Source: Ginsengibacter sp.
GTDB lineage: Bacteria; Bacteroidota; Bacteroidia; Chitinophagales; Chitinophagaceae
NCBI GenBank assembly: GCA_039922095.1
Contig: JBDSAQ010000001.1
Span: forward strand, 1 to 38,996
Length of the DNA stretch: 38,996 nt
Direction of reading: 5' to 3'
Shown: positions 8,882-19,631 of the stretch, one piece after another
How the letters are laid out: the number at the start of each line of letters is the position of its first letter
How positions within the stretch are numbered: the first letter of the stretch is position 1
Made by a program: the position numbers and the translations under genes
The notes under the pieces: model-generated
What the model was told of the DNA's origin: nothing
What the model saw: the letters and a program-made list of their open reading frames with translations, nothing else
The model's database searches: none

Positions 8882-9241
8882 ATGGAAAAATTAACTCATG
8901 TTGAAGAGGAAACCATGCAGGCTGTTTGGCGTACAGGTGAGGGCAATATAAAAGCCTTTATGGAACACCTTGATGAATCGCTGCCTTATACAACAGTAGC
9001 TTCCACTATTAAAAATCTGGAGAAGAAAGGATATCTCACCAGCCGCATAGCAGGTACTGCTTATCTATATAAACCCATCGTAAATGAGGATGATTATAAA
9101 AAGAAATTTATGGGTAATGTAGTAAAAGAATATTTTGACAACTCCTATAAAGAACTGGTGAATTTTTTTGTGGAGCAGAAAAAAATATCTGCCAAAGAGC
9201 TGAAGGAAATTATAAAGATGATTGAAAAAGGAAACCATTAA
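8882..9241 (+). CDS. BlaI/MecI/CopY family transcriptional repressor
   Basis: LTHVEEETMQAVW, YTTVASTIKNLEKKGYL winged helix; adjacent M56 gene. Confidence 0.95.
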   Translation: MEKLTHVEEETMQAVWRTGEGNIKAFMEHLDESLPYTTVASTIKNLEKKGYLTSRIAGTAYLYKPIVNEDDYKKKFMGNVVKEYFDNSYKELVNFFVEQKKISAKELKEIIKMIEKGNH

Positions 9242-9260
9242 ACTGCTAAAACTATTTTGT

Positions 9261-11063
9261 ATGATATTCTTTTTCATATACTTCATAAAATTATCTGTAA
9301 GCCTTGGTGTAGTTTATTTGTTTTATTATTTCATTCTGCGCAAGCTCACCTATTACAACCACAACCGGTGGTATTTATTGGGTTATACTTTACTTTCTTT
9401 CATTATCCCGTTCATTAATATTGCAGAAGTTCTGGAAAAAAATGACTTGAACAGCAATAATATTATTGCCTGGGTTCCTGTTATTAATACTACAACTGTA
9501 ACAGTTTTGCCTACGTCAGAAATTAACTCAATTAATGGATGGAATGTAGCAATGATGATAATTGTGGCGGGAATGGTTATTATGGCTGTACGCCTGCTGA
9601 TACAACTTATTTCTTTCCGCAGAATGCTAAAGAAAGCTACACCTGTTACTGAAAAAGGCATACATATTTACCAGTTAGATGAAAACATTATTCCTTTTTC
9701 TTTTGTCAATTCCATTTTCATTAACCGCCATTTGCACAGCGAAAAAGAATTGCAGGAAATTATTCACCATGAATTTATACATGTAAAGCAACGTCACAGT
9801 ATTGATATCATCTGGGGAGAGGTGCTCTGCCTTTTAAACTGGTTTAATCCTTTTGCATGGCTGTTGAAGAAAGCGATCAGGCAAAACCTGGAATTTATTG
9901 CTGATAATAAAGTTTTAGAAAACGGTGTTTCAAAAACAGCATATCAATATCTTTTGCTGAAAGTGACAGGTAACAACCAATATAGTATAGCAACCCAATT
10001 TAATTTTTCCTCACTTAAAAAACGTATAGCCATGATGAACAAACTTAAAAGCACAAAACGGCAACTGTTAAGGATGCTTTTTTTATTACCTGCCACCGCA
10101 ATTTTATTACTTGCCTTTAGAAGTAAAATGAGAACAGGTGAAATGGGAAGATCGTTTAATTCGAATGTCCGGAATCTTTCTCCAAAAGATGTTGTTGATA
10201 CACCGCCACCAACACCAACGCAAAAGCGCTCTCCAACCCCACCCATTCCATTGGTTGAGGCAATTCCGGCAGTTCCGCAAATTGAAGCAATACCCGCAAA
10301 TGCTCCGCCCTCTCCTGCAGTACCAACACTAAATAAAGAAAAACCCCCGGTTCCTCCATTACCCCCGGCACCGCCTGCTCACGCCAATGTTAATGATAAC
10401 AGTAATATCAATGACGTAAGTGATAATTATGAGATAACCGATAAGAAAGCTGTCATTTATTTAAGAAATGGAAAAACTGAAGAGTATAATTTTACCAACG
10501 CAAATGAAAAAAGGAATTTTGAAAGCAGGTATGGAAAAGGAAGGACTCTAACATCTGTTAATGCTCCCCGGGAATATGCAGCAGTAACAAATGCTCCAGA
10601 AATGGAAGTAGCACCCGAAGTAAAACTTACAACATCTGCAAATACATATACAAATTTCACCTCAGGAACAACGACTGCTCCTTTAGCAAAAACAATTACT
10701 TCAGCTAAAAAGATTACTACTGCACCTGTGATTAATAGCCTTGCACCAAATAATAACGGCGGTACAATAATGAATGGAAAATTTTTGAAAGAGGATATTC
10801 TTATTACCATAACAAAAACTACGAAACCCGCCGAGCTTGATGAGTTTGTTAAGCAGATGAAAGAAAAAGGATATGAACTTAAGTTTAATAATAAAAATTA
10901 TAATGGCGGAATATTAACACATATCAGCGGCACATTAAAATACAAAGGCAGCAGTTCTACTTTTTCTGTAACTGATTTTAATAAACTGTTGCTCGGAGTA
11001 GTTATAGAAGATGGAAAAGTTTATTTCGATGTAAGAACCGATGATGAAAAGGTGAGAATTTGA
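9261..11063 (+). CDS. M56 family (BlaR1-like) metallopeptidase / signal transducer
   Basis: HEFIH zinc motif, WFNPFAW, LEFIAD, LKKRIAMM, followed by a Pro-rich linker. ATG 9261 chosen. Confidence 0.92.
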   Translation: MIFFFIYFIKLSVSLGVVYLFYYFILRKLTYYNHNRWYLLGYTLLSFIIPFINIAEVLEKNDLNSNNIIAWVPVINTTTVTVLPTSEINSINGWNVAMMIIVAGMVIMAVRLLIQLISFRRMLKKATPVTEKGIHIYQLDENIIPFSFVNSIFINRHLHSEKELQEIIHHEFIHVKQRHSIDIIWGEVLCLLNWFNPFAWLLKKAIRQNLEFIADNKVLENGVSKTAYQYLLLKVTGNNQYSIATQFNFSSLKKRIAMMNKLKSTKRQLLRMLFLLPATAILLLAFRSKMRTGEMGRSFNSNVRNLSPKDVVDTPPPTPTQKRSPTPPIPLVEAIPAVPQIEAIPANAPPSPAVPTLNKEKPPVPPLPPAPPAHANVNDNSNINDVSDNYEITDKKAVIYLRNGKTEEYNFTNANEKRNFESRYGKGRTLTSVNAPREYAAVTNAPEMEVAPEVKLTTSANTYTNFTSGTTTAPLAKTITSAKKITTAPVINSLAPNNNGGTIMNGKFLKEDILITITKTTKPAELDEFVKQMKEKGYELKFNNKNYNGGILTHISGTLKYKGSSSTFSVTDFNKLLLGVVIEDGKVYFDVRTDDEKVRI

Positions 11064-11327
11064 TTGTCCTGAAAAATTAATTTCTTTTTTGAAAATCTAT
11101 TATGATTCAAGCATTTTTACCGGCATCTAAAACTGTTCTTTCATTATCATAAAAATCGCTCATCTTACTATAACCTATAAAACATTATTGCATTAAGGCG
11201 AGATCATAAAGTAAAAATCGGGCAACTTCACACATTCTATAAGCCGTCTGCCCTGCATAATTGTCTGTTCATAATTTAAACTACGAAGAATTACGTTTAT
11301 CACATTTTTTTTGTACAAAATAATGTT

Positions 11328-13778
11328 ATGCGTAAACTCTTGCTTCTTATTAGTACCCTAACCAGCATTGTATGTTACTCCCAAACAACACAAAATGGAA
11401 GTGCTTCAATAACTGTATTGAATGATAAACAGTCACCTGAAGAGAATGCTACAGTACAGCTTTTAAGGGCCAAAGATTCCGTGTTAATACGATCTGCTCT
11501 TACAAATAAGAACGGCAATGCAGAGATAGCAAATATTCCGGCAGGCGAATATTTTTTTAAAATAAGCGCTATTAATTACCAGCCGCTGCTAACTAAAGCA
11601 TTTATGATAACTAATGGTCAGGCTTTATCAGCAGGCACAATAAATATGGCAATAAAGACCACTTCATTAAAAGAAGTGACTGTAAATACCAATAAACCTT
11701 TTATACAAAAACTTTCAGACCGGATAGTTGTGAATGTAGATAACAGTATTATCAGCGCCGGCAGTTCTGCCATGGATGTGCTTGAGCGTTCACCAGGAGT
11801 TAACATAGATCAAAATGATGTAATAAGCCTTAGAGGAAAAAGTGGTGTAATTATAATGATAGATGGAAAACCCAGTCCTATGTCTGGGGCTGACCTTGCT
11901 AATTATCTAAAGGGGTTGCCTTCATCGGCCATTGACCGCATTGATATAATTACCAACCCTTCATCTAAGTATGATGCGGCGGGTAACTCGGGTATCATTG
12001 ATATTCATATGAAGAAAGATCAGCGTATGGGAGCTAACGGAACTTTTACAACCGGCTATGGACAAGGCGTTTATTCTAAAGCTAACATAGGCTCTACATT
12101 TAACTATCGCAATAAAAAAATAAATGCTTTTGGTAATTATAATTATGCTTACCGCATCGGGCTGAACCACTTATTGCTCGACAGGAATTTCTATGATAAC
12201 GGAAAGTATAACGGCGGAGATCTGAAAGATAATTACTCAAAATCACCTGTGGGCTCAAACACTGCAAGAATTGGAATGGATTATTTTCCAAACAAAAAAA
12301 CAATTGTGGGTTTTGTGGTTAACGGCAATTTTTACGATTATACAAGAAAAAATAACAATGCTTCTATTGTGCTCAATACTTTAAGACAACCTGAAAATAC
12401 TTTTAATTCATTTGCATCAAATAACGATAATAGTAATAATATAGTAGCCAATATCAATTTTAAACATACGTTTGACAGTACGGGCAGAGAAATTACAGCC
12501 GACGTGGACTATGGCGAATATAATTCCGGCTCACTAACTGTTAACAGCACCCATTATTATAAACTTGACGGAAACATGCTACAACCCGATTATACCTTAA
12601 ACGGTGATCAGCAGGGCAGGCTTACTTTAAAAACAGCCAAAATAGATTATGTGAGTCCTTCGGCCCGGGGAAGCAAATGGGAGGCTGGTATAAAATCAAG
12701 TTTTGTTTCATCAGATAATGATGCCCAGTTTTTTGATGTAAGCAGCGGCAACCCGGTAAATGATGTGAACAAAACAAATCATTTTCTTTATAAGGAATAT
12801 AACAACGCGGCCTATGTAAACTTTAGTAAGACATACAAAAAATTTGATGTGCAATTTGGTTTACGTGGTGAGCAAACCAACCTAAGCACAGAACAAAGGA
12901 TAGGTAATATAAAATTTGACTCAGCTTATTTTCAATTATTTCCAAGTGCTTTTTTGAATTATAAATTAAAGGAAGATAACACTATAGGATTTTCTGTAAG
13001 CAGGAGAATAAACAGGCCCGGGTATTCGCAATTAAATCCTTTCCTGTTTTTGATAGATGTTACAACTTATGCTACAGGAGCGCCTGGGTTATTACCGGAG
13101 CTGACGTGGAGCTACGAATTAAACTATACTTTAAAAAACTTAAATTTCAGTTTGAATTATAGTTACACTAAGGATCCCCAAAATATTACGCTGGCAAGGT
13201 TTAATGAAGCCTTCCCCAACATTCCGTCAGCAGAAAATGTTACTGTACAAATACCGATCAATCTTGGCTCATCTGATTATATAGGGTTATCAGTTTCAGC
13301 GCCAATAAGTATTAAGCCATGGTGGAATATGATAAACAATGCAAACATATATTATCAAAGATTCAAAGGCACTTTCAGCGGAACCATTTTAAACAATGGC
13401 AAGCCTGCTGCGGATGTAAGAATAAACAATACGTTCACTCTTAAGAAAGGATGGACCGCAGAACTGAATGCCAGTTTAAATACAGGAGGGCAATATGGCT
13501 TTATGATACTTGATCCCCAATGGAGCCTTTCCGCAGGTGTACAAAAGCTTATTTTAAAAACCAAAGGAACCCTCCGTTTTAATATAACTGATATCTTTTG
13601 GACCAACTTGCCGAAGGCTGTAATTACTTATAACAATTATATTGAAAAATGGCATGCATACCGGGAATCAAGGGTAGCAAATCTTACCTTTTCTTACCGG
13701 TTTGGAAATAACAAAGTACAGGCGGTAAGAAGGAGAACCACAGCCTCAGAAGAAGAAAGACAAAGGGCCGGTGGTTAA
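11328..13778 (+). CDS. Outer-membrane beta-barrel / TonB-dependent receptor-like protein
   Basis: Signal peptide, carboxypeptidase-regulatory-like domain, plug motif IDIITNPSSKYDAAG, C-terminal LTFSYRFG. Confidence 0.9.
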   Translation: MRKLLLLISTLTSIVCYSQTTQNGSASITVLNDKQSPEENATVQLLRAKDSVLIRSALTNKNGNAEIANIPAGEYFFKISAINYQPLLTKAFMITNGQALSAGTINMAIKTTSLKEVTVNTNKPFIQKLSDRIVVNVDNSIISAGSSAMDVLERSPGVNIDQNDVISLRGKSGVIIMIDGKPSPMSGADLANYLKGLPSSAIDRIDIITNPSSKYDAAGNSGIIDIHMKKDQRMGANGTFTTGYGQGVYSKANIGSTFNYRNKKINAFGNYNYAYRIGLNHLLLDRNFYDNGKYNGGDLKDNYSKSPVGSNTARIGMDYFPNKKTIVGFVVNGNFYDYTRKNNNASIVLNTLRQPENTFNSFASNNDNSNNIVANINFKHTFDSTGREITADVDYGEYNSGSLTVNSTHYYKLDGNMLQPDYTLNGDQQGRLTLKTAKIDYVSPSARGSKWEAGIKSSFVSSDNDAQFFDVSSGNPVNDVNKTNHFLYKEYNNAAYVNFSKTYKKFDVQFGLRGEQTNLSTEQRIGNIKFDSAYFQLFPSAFLNYKLKEDNTIGFSVSRRINRPGYSQLNPFLFLIDVTTYATGAPGLLPELTWSYELNYTLKNLNFSLNYSYTKDPQNITLARFNEAFPNIPSAENVTVQIPINLGSSDYIGLSVSAPISIKPWWNMINNANIYYQRFKGTFSGTILNNGKPAADVRINNTFTLKKGWTAELNASLNTGGQYGFMILDPQWSLSAGVQKLILKTKGTLRFNITDIFWTNLPKAVITYNNYIEKWHAYRESRVANLTFSYRFGNNKVQAVRRRTTASEEERQRAGG

Positions 13779-13803
13779 TTAATTTATTTAGGGGTAAACC
13801 AAC

Positions 13804-15156
13804 TTAATCTCCATGTATATTTTTAGCATGTTTAATAATAGATTGCAATGACAGGTTTACATCTTCATCAGTTGTAGCATAACAGCTCACACTTATACGC
13901 ATAGCTGATTTTCCTTTCCATATTGTGCCGCCGCACCAGCACACGCCTTCTTCCTGTACATTTTTTATTACCTTTTGCGTAGCTGAAGCACTACCAAAGC
14001 TTACTAATACCTGGTTAAGTACTACATCATTTAACACATTAAAACCTGCAGCAGTTAATGCTTCAGCAAAGTGCACCGCATTGTGGCAGTTTCTTTCTAT
14101 TAGTTGTTCAAGTCCCTGCGAACCCAAAGATTTTAATGCAGCCCAAACAGGTATGCCTCTTGCCTGCCGCGACATTTCGGGCACATACTGGAAAGGTTCA
14201 CGCAAAGCATTTGATGGAAGATATGAAGCTGTTGATGACATGGATGTAAAAAGCGCTTCTTTATCACGAACAAAAACGAGCCCGCAATCGTAAGGAACGT
14301 TAAGCCATTTATGCGCATCTGTTGCCCATGAATCGGCCATTTCAATTCCTCTTGCTAAATACTTTTTTTGGGATGAAGCCGCAGCCCATAAGCCAAATGC
14401 ACCATCTACATGCACCCATACATTTTTACTTTCCACTTTGCTGCAGATATCTTCAACCGGATCAAATGCGCCTGTATTAACATTGCCAGCCTGTGTGCAT
14501 ATAATAGCTGGTCCTTTAATGTCGGGAATTTTTCCAGCAATCATTCTTCCCTGTTCATCAGCAGGCACTCGTACCACCCTGTCTCTTCCAAAGCCCAGCA
14601 TACTTAAAGCTTTCAATACACTTACATGTACTTCTTCTCCAACGATAACAGTTATCTCCGGGCTATGAAACAAACCCCGGGCCTCCACATCCCATCCTTC
14701 GTTTTTTAAAAGCTTGTGACGTGCTGCTGCAAGTGCTGTAAAGTTTGCCATCGTGTCCCCTGTAACAAAACCAAAGCCGCATGATTCAGGCAATCCTAAC
14801 AGTTGAAGCATCCATTTACCTGCAATTTCTTCCAGCGCTGATGCCACGGGTGACATTACGGTAAGCGCTGCATTCTGATCCCATACAGTTGCGAGCAGCT
14901 TTGCACACATGGCTGCGGGAAGGCATCCCCCATTTACAAAACCATAATATCGTCCCCCGGTTGATTTTACAGTCGCAGGCGAACCGGCATCATCTAATAA
15001 TTTTAAAACATCCGCCGTATCAACAGGGTTTTGTTGAAGTGCTGTATCGAATTTTTTCAGCTCATTTATGGAGGAAACATTTGGGTAAACGGGATTACCA
15101 TTAGTCTGTGACAAATAGTGTTTTGCTCTTTGAGAAAATTCATCTATAAAATGCAT
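13804..15156 (-). CDS. Group II PLP-dependent decarboxylase
   Basis: HVDGAFG and DAHKWLNVPYDCG (PLP lysine). Confidence 0.9.
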   Translation of the reverse strand: MHFIDEFSQRAKHYLSQTNGNPVYPNVSSINELKKFDTALQQNPVDTADVLKLLDDAGSPATVKSTGGRYYGFVNGGCLPAAMCAKLLATVWDQNAALTVMSPVASALEEIAGKWMLQLLGLPESCGFGFVTGDTMANFTALAAARHKLLKNEGWDVEARGLFHSPEITVIVGEEVHVSVLKALSMLGFGRDRVVRVPADEQGRMIAGKIPDIKGPAIICTQAGNVNTGAFDPVEDICSKVESKNVWVHVDGAFGLWAAASSQKKYLARGIEMADSWATDAHKWLNVPYDCGLVFVRDKEALFTSMSSTASYLPSNALREPFQYVPEMSRQARGIPVWAALKSLGSQGLEQLIERNCHNAVHFAEALTAAGFNVLNDVVLNQVLVSFGSASATQKVIKNVQEEGVCWCGGTIWKGKSAMRISVSCYATTDEDVNLSLQSIIKHAKNIHGD

Positions 15157-15192
15157 ATAATAATTTTGAGATAGAAAGTTATGGTTTAGCTT

Positions 15193-15322
15193 TCAGGTAT
15201 CAGCCATCAGGTGTCAGGTATGAGGTATCAGGAGAAAAGAAAGACTTAATGATCAACTTGAGCCATTAACCATCAGAAGAAACAATGAGGTTGATACCTG
15301 ATACCTGACACCTGACACCTGA
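15193..15322. repeat. Inverted arrays of 7-mer tandem repeats
   Basis: About 6 x TCAGGTR (15193-15234) facing 4 x YACCTGA (15295-15322). Confidence 0.85.
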
Positions 15323-15325
15323 ATC

Positions 15326-16360
15326 TCATTTCTCCAATTCCTTACGCACTGCAGGTGCAACAACGTTTCCAAATAATTCTATGGAGTGCATCATTTGCTT
15401 ATGCGGTAAAGTGCCTACGCTGAACTGTACCATAAAACGTGTGTTACCAAACAACTCATGCTCATACAAAATTTTATCAATCACCTGCTGAGGGCTTCCT
15501 ACCAATAATGAACCTACTGGGCTTCGCATAAATTCAAATTGTTCACGGGTGGTAGGCGGCCAGCCACGTTCCTTCCCTATCCTGCTCATTACATAAGCAT
15601 ACACCGGGAAAAATTCATCAGCAGCCTGTTGTGAATCATCAGCAATGTAAGCGTGTGAGTTGATGCATAGTTGGAGGGTGGAAATATCATGACCTGCTTT
15701 TACAAATTCATCACGATAATATTTAGTATGAGGAACAAACTGATCAGGTGTGCCGCCAATAATTGCAATGGTAAGCGGCAGGCCCAATGTTGCAGCCCGT
15801 AATACAGATGCAGGTGTACCACCTATTGCCACCCAAATGGGCAATTTATTTTGATAAGGTCTTGGATATATAGCAAGGTTTTGTATAGCACTCCTGTGCT
15901 TTCCTTTCCAGGTAATGCTTTCGCTGTTGTTGATAGCCACGAGAAGCTTCAGTTTTTCATCAAAAAGTGAATCATAATCTTTAAGATCGTAACCAAACAG
16001 GGGAAAGGACTCAATGAAAGATCCGCGGCCGGCCATAATTTCTGCTCTTCCTTTAGAGAGAAGATCAAGGGTTGCAAACTGTTGAAAAACACGAACAGGA
16101 TCATCAGAACTTAATACGCTTACGGCGCTGGAAAGTTTTATATTTTTTGTTCTTACTGCCGCCGCCGCAAGTACTGTAGCAGGGGAAGATACAAGAAAGT
16201 CTGGCCTGTGATGCTCGCCGATCGCAAAAACATCAAGGCCTAACTGATCTGCAAGTACAACTTCTTCCATTAAGTTCTGGAACCGTTGATAAGGGGTGAT
16301 TGTGTGCCCCGTAATTGGGTCAGGAGTTAATTCTACGAAAGTGCTTATACCTAATTCCAT
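15326..16360 (-). CDS. LLM class flavin-dependent oxidoreductase
   Basis: [42 protein letters not shown]. Confidence 0.95.
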   Translation of the reverse strand: MELGISTFVELTPDPITGHTITPYQRFQNLMEEVVLADQLGLDVFAIGEHHRPDFLVSSPATVLAAAAVRTKNIKLSSAVSVLSSDDPVRVFQQFATLDLLSKGRAEIMAGRGSFIESFPLFGYDLKDYDSLFDEKLKLLVAINNSESITWKGKHRSAIQNLAIYPRPYQNKLPIWVAIGGTPASVLRAATLGLPLTIAIIGGTPDQFVPHTKYYRDEFVKAGHDISTLQLCINSHAYIADDSQQAADEFFPVYAYVMSRIGKERGWPPTTREQFEFMRSPVGSLLVGSPQQVIDKILYEHELFGNTRFMVQFSVGTLPHKQMMHSIELFGNVVAPAVRKELEK

Positions 16361-16364
16361 TATG

Positions 16365-16372
16365 CAAAAGTA
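16365..16372 (-). promoter_or_regulatory. Bacteroidota -7 box TACTTTTG
   Basis: Matches TAnnTTTG, 4 nt before the LLM gene ATG. Confidence 0.55.
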
Positions 16373-16428
16373 AGCGTATGGAAGTATTAGAAAGCTGTTA
16401 GTATTTTGGCTATTTATTTCTCAATTTG

Positions 16429-16848
16429 CTACATACTTTTTGGCTGTGTTAAACTAAACCAGTTACCGCAACTGTCCGTTATAAGCGCCTCAATGCCATA
16501 AAACTGCTCTTTTGGTTCTGATTTAAAAACTACACCTTTTGTTTTCAGTTCTTCATAAGTAGCACGACAGTCTGGTGTATATAATACACCGGCACCAAGT
16601 GCATTTTTATCAAGCAAAATTTTAAATGCTTTCTTTGTTTCTTCATCATAATTCATTCCTTCATGCAGCGGCGAAAGGAGTGCAATCTCAGTCTGAGATT
16701 CCCCGGAGGGGACTACAGTAAGCCATCTGAAACCATTCGGCATTTTAGTATCGGTCTTTACAATAAAGCCAAGTTTGTTTACATAAAAGTCATATGCTTT
16801 ATCCTGGTCTGATACGAACAAAGTAGTGTGAGATATCTTAGTTACCAT
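16429..16848 (-). CDS. VOC family protein
   Basis: VSDQDKAYDFYVNKLGF, RWLTV, DSCGNWFSLTQ. Upstream -7 box TAGTTTTG at 16862-16869. Confidence 0.9.
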   Translation of the reverse strand: MVTKISHTTLFVSDQDKAYDFYVNKLGFIVKTDTKMPNGFRWLTVVPSGESQTEIALLSPLHEGMNYDEETKKAFKILLDKNALGAGVLYTPDCRATYEELKTKGVVFKSEPKEQFYGIEALITDSCGNWFSLTQPKSM

Positions 16849-16908
16849 AAAATGTTTTGAACAAAACTACAATTCACTTATACAAATCATTTATTGAATC
16901 TTGCTTTC

Positions 16909-17319
16909 TTATGAAAACATATTTTGAATAATGCAGTGTGGAATAACCTGGTGGGGTTGTTCCCTGGCAAGTTTATTTTTTATAAAAGCAAGGCTGCGGT
17001 AATATTGAGGTGCATAACCATTACGGTTTTTAAACAAGAGGCTAAACGAGGCGAGGCTCTCAAAGCCAACGCTGTTGCATATTTCCTGTATGCTTATTCC
17101 CTCCTGCTGAAGTAAATGTTGTGCCTGCTGCAATCTTTTGGCAGTGAGATATTCAAGAGGAGTTTTACCATATATTTTTGTAAACACACGATGAAAATGA
17201 AATCTGGAAAAACAGGCTTTTTGTGATATATGTTTTAACTGAATAGGCTCATGATAGTTTTCATCTATAAAAAGTTTAGCTGCAACTACACGGCTGTAAA
17301 TATCTGCTTGGCGTGGCAT
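16909..17319 (-). CDS. AraC family transcriptional regulator (HTH-only)
   Basis: SRFHFHRVF...VGFESLASFSLLFK. ATG 17319 chosen. Confidence 0.9.
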   Translation of the reverse strand: MPRQADIYSRVVAAKLFIDENYHEPIQLKHISQKACFSRFHFHRVFTKIYGKTPLEYLTAKRLQQAQHLLQQEGISIQEICNSVGFESLASFSLLFKNRNGYAPQYYRSLAFIKNKLAREQPHQVIPHCIIQNMFS

Positions 17320-17442
17320 AATTAAAATTAACAATAAGAATTTAGCAGAAGCTATTTTATCTTTCTAACCCAAAAATTTAATTAACTTCCGGTCAAGATG
17401 TACATTTAAATTTATAAATAAAACAAATAAACAATTGTAGAT

Positions 17443-18405
17443 ATGCGCATTCATTTTCCACTAAGATACCCGCCGGAGATACCCGGCAATCTGATATGTT
17501 TTATTTTCATTGCATCTTCCTTCTTCATCAAATGTACCCCGGGCCGCAGTATAGGTTCATCCAACATTGCAGATACCGGTATTATTGCCCCCGGAGTTAA
17601 ACCAGTAATGATTGACAGTGGATTTATTTTTACAGAAGGCCCGGCAACAGATAAGAAGGGAAACGTTTTTTTTACTGATCAGCCTAATAATAAAATCTGG
17701 AAATATGATACGGAGGGAAAACTCTCCGTTTTCTCGGATAAAGCCGGCAGGTCAAACGGGATGTACTTTGATGCCAAAGGCAATTTAATTACCTGCGCTG
17801 ATGAGAACGGGCAATTATGGTCAATTGATCCTGAAGGCAAGGTTACTGTTCTTGTAAAAGATTACCAGGGACACAGATTGAATGGGCCTAATGACCTTTG
17901 GATTCATCCTTCCGGTGGTATTTATTTTACTGATCCCTATTTTCAGCGCAGTTACTGGACAAGAAAACATACAGATTCAGCTTTAGGAGGCGATAAGGTA
18001 TATTATTTGTCACAGAATAAAAAAGAGTTGATAATGGCAGACAGTGAGACTGTAAAACCTAATGGCATTGTTGGGACACCCGATGGAAAGTATTTGTATG
18101 TTGCTGACATGGGCAAGAGAAAAACCTACAGGTATGATATTAATAAGGATGGAACGCTAAACAACAAACAGGTATTTGCCAATGAAGCATCAGACGGGAT
18201 GACCATTGATAACAGGGGCAATATTTATCTTACAGGAAGAGGTGTTGCAGTATATGATCCTGCTGGTAAAAAAATTGAACAAATAGACATTCCTGAAAAG
18301 TGGACAGCTAATATTTGCTTTGGCGGAAAAAACAGGCGTACTTTATTTATTACTGCTTCTAAATCTATTTACATAATACCAACACTGGTGAGTGGAGTGG
18401 AGTAG
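17443..18405 (+). CDS. SMP-30/gluconolactonase/LRE family protein
   Basis: FTEGPA, LNGPND, PNGIVGTPDG, DGMTID, ANICFGG. Confidence 0.92.
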   Translation: MRIHFPLRYPPEIPGNLICFIFIASSFFIKCTPGRSIGSSNIADTGIIAPGVKPVMIDSGFIFTEGPATDKKGNVFFTDQPNNKIWKYDTEGKLSVFSDKAGRSNGMYFDAKGNLITCADENGQLWSIDPEGKVTVLVKDYQGHRLNGPNDLWIHPSGGIYFTDPYFQRSYWTRKHTDSALGGDKVYYLSQNKKELIMADSETVKPNGIVGTPDGKYLYVADMGKRKTYRYDINKDGTLNNKQVFANEASDGMTIDNRGNIYLTGRGVAVYDPAGKKIEQIDIPEKWTANICFGGKNRRTLFITASKSIYIIPTLVSGVE

Positions 18406-18463
18406 TGTATAAAATTGGAGTAACCTGCAATACAAAATAACCTCATTAATTTTTAGGTATCTC

Positions 18464-19555
18464 ATGCAGACTAAGACAGTTTTGATATTTATGTGTTTCA
18501 GTTTTCTTCTTCCAACAATTATTTTCTCACAGCAAAAGTTTGACAAAACTGATTATTCAACTATTGATAGCATCGCAGAAACTGTAAAGTATAAAAACGA
18601 TATTTATAAATTGACTAACGACTTGACAAAATCATTTCCTGAACAAATATTTAAGGCGAGGGCTATCTTTAAATGGATTACTGATAATATAAGTTACGAT
18701 TATAAGTACTACAATAAATTCTATTATAAAGGAAAAGAACCCAAGACTTATAAATGTAAGGATGAAAAAGATTGTGAAGCAAAAAAAATCATATGGGAAA
18801 CAAGATACATCAACAAAGTTCTTAGGAAGAAAAAAGCCGTATGTCAAGGCTATTCAGTGCTTTTGAAAAAAATGTGCAACATAGCTGGACTTAAGTCTGA
18901 AATAATACCAGGCTATGTAAGAACTGAGTTTTACCAAGTTGGTTCTTCTGGAACTCTTGACCATGCATGGAACACTGTTTGGTTGGACAGTGCTTATCAT
19001 CTTTTAGATGCTACGTGGGCAGCCGGTGGCTGTTGGAAAGATGGTGATGGTAAGCTAATTCATTTTCAGAAGAATTTTAATGACTATTATTGGCTTACGC
19101 CTTCAGATGATTTTGCAAGAAATCATTATCCACAAGACAGCAGGTGGGTTCTGCTTTCAAATTACACTAAAGAAATGTTTTCAGCGAACCCGTATTATGC
19201 AACAGACATTTTAAATGATATTAAACTGATAACACCAAGTTCAGGAATTATAAATGCAAAAAAAGGTGACACAATTCGTTTTGAATTTCAATATGCTGGA
19301 GCCTTTCAAGATTTACAAATCAACTCAAATATTTTTCGCAATCCAGACATTTGGGTTTGGGAATACATCAACAAACGAAAAAGAATAAGAAAACAAGATA
19401 CTTTAGCGATTAAAAAACAGCAATATATAAAGTACAAACGGGAAGATGACAAATATGAATTTGACTATCTAGTTACAGACAGCACCCTTTACTATCTGGA
19501 CATTCTTTTTGATACCCGACGAGTGATGCGATTTAAAGTAAACATTGAAAAATAA
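18464..19555 (+). CDS. Secreted transglutaminase-like domain protein
   Basis: Catalytic triad motifs AVCQGYS, HAWN, LDATW; signal peptide. Confidence 0.85.
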   Translation: MQTKTVLIFMCFSFLLPTIIFSQQKFDKTDYSTIDSIAETVKYKNDIYKLTNDLTKSFPEQIFKARAIFKWITDNISYDYKYYNKFYYKGKEPKTYKCKDEKDCEAKKIIWETRYINKVLRKKKAVCQGYSVLLKKMCNIAGLKSEIIPGYVRTEFYQVGSSGTLDHAWNTVWLDSAYHLLDATWAAGGCWKDGDGKLIHFQKNFNDYYWLTPSDDFARNHYPQDSRWVLLSNYTKEMFSANPYYATDILNDIKLITPSSGIINAKKGDTIRFEFQYAGAFQDLQINSNIFRNPDIWVWEYINKRKRIRKQDTLAIKKQQYIKYKREDDKYEFDYLVTDSTLYYLDILFDTRRVMRFKVNIEK

Positions 19556-19631
19556 AACTGCTGGACAAGTACGACCGCTAATAAAAGTATTGCTGCAATA
19601 ATAATAAATAATAATAATAGACATCCTAAGT

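Noticed and set aside
10195-10385. C-rich periodic DNA
   Set aside because: Explained by the Pro-rich linker of the M56 protein.
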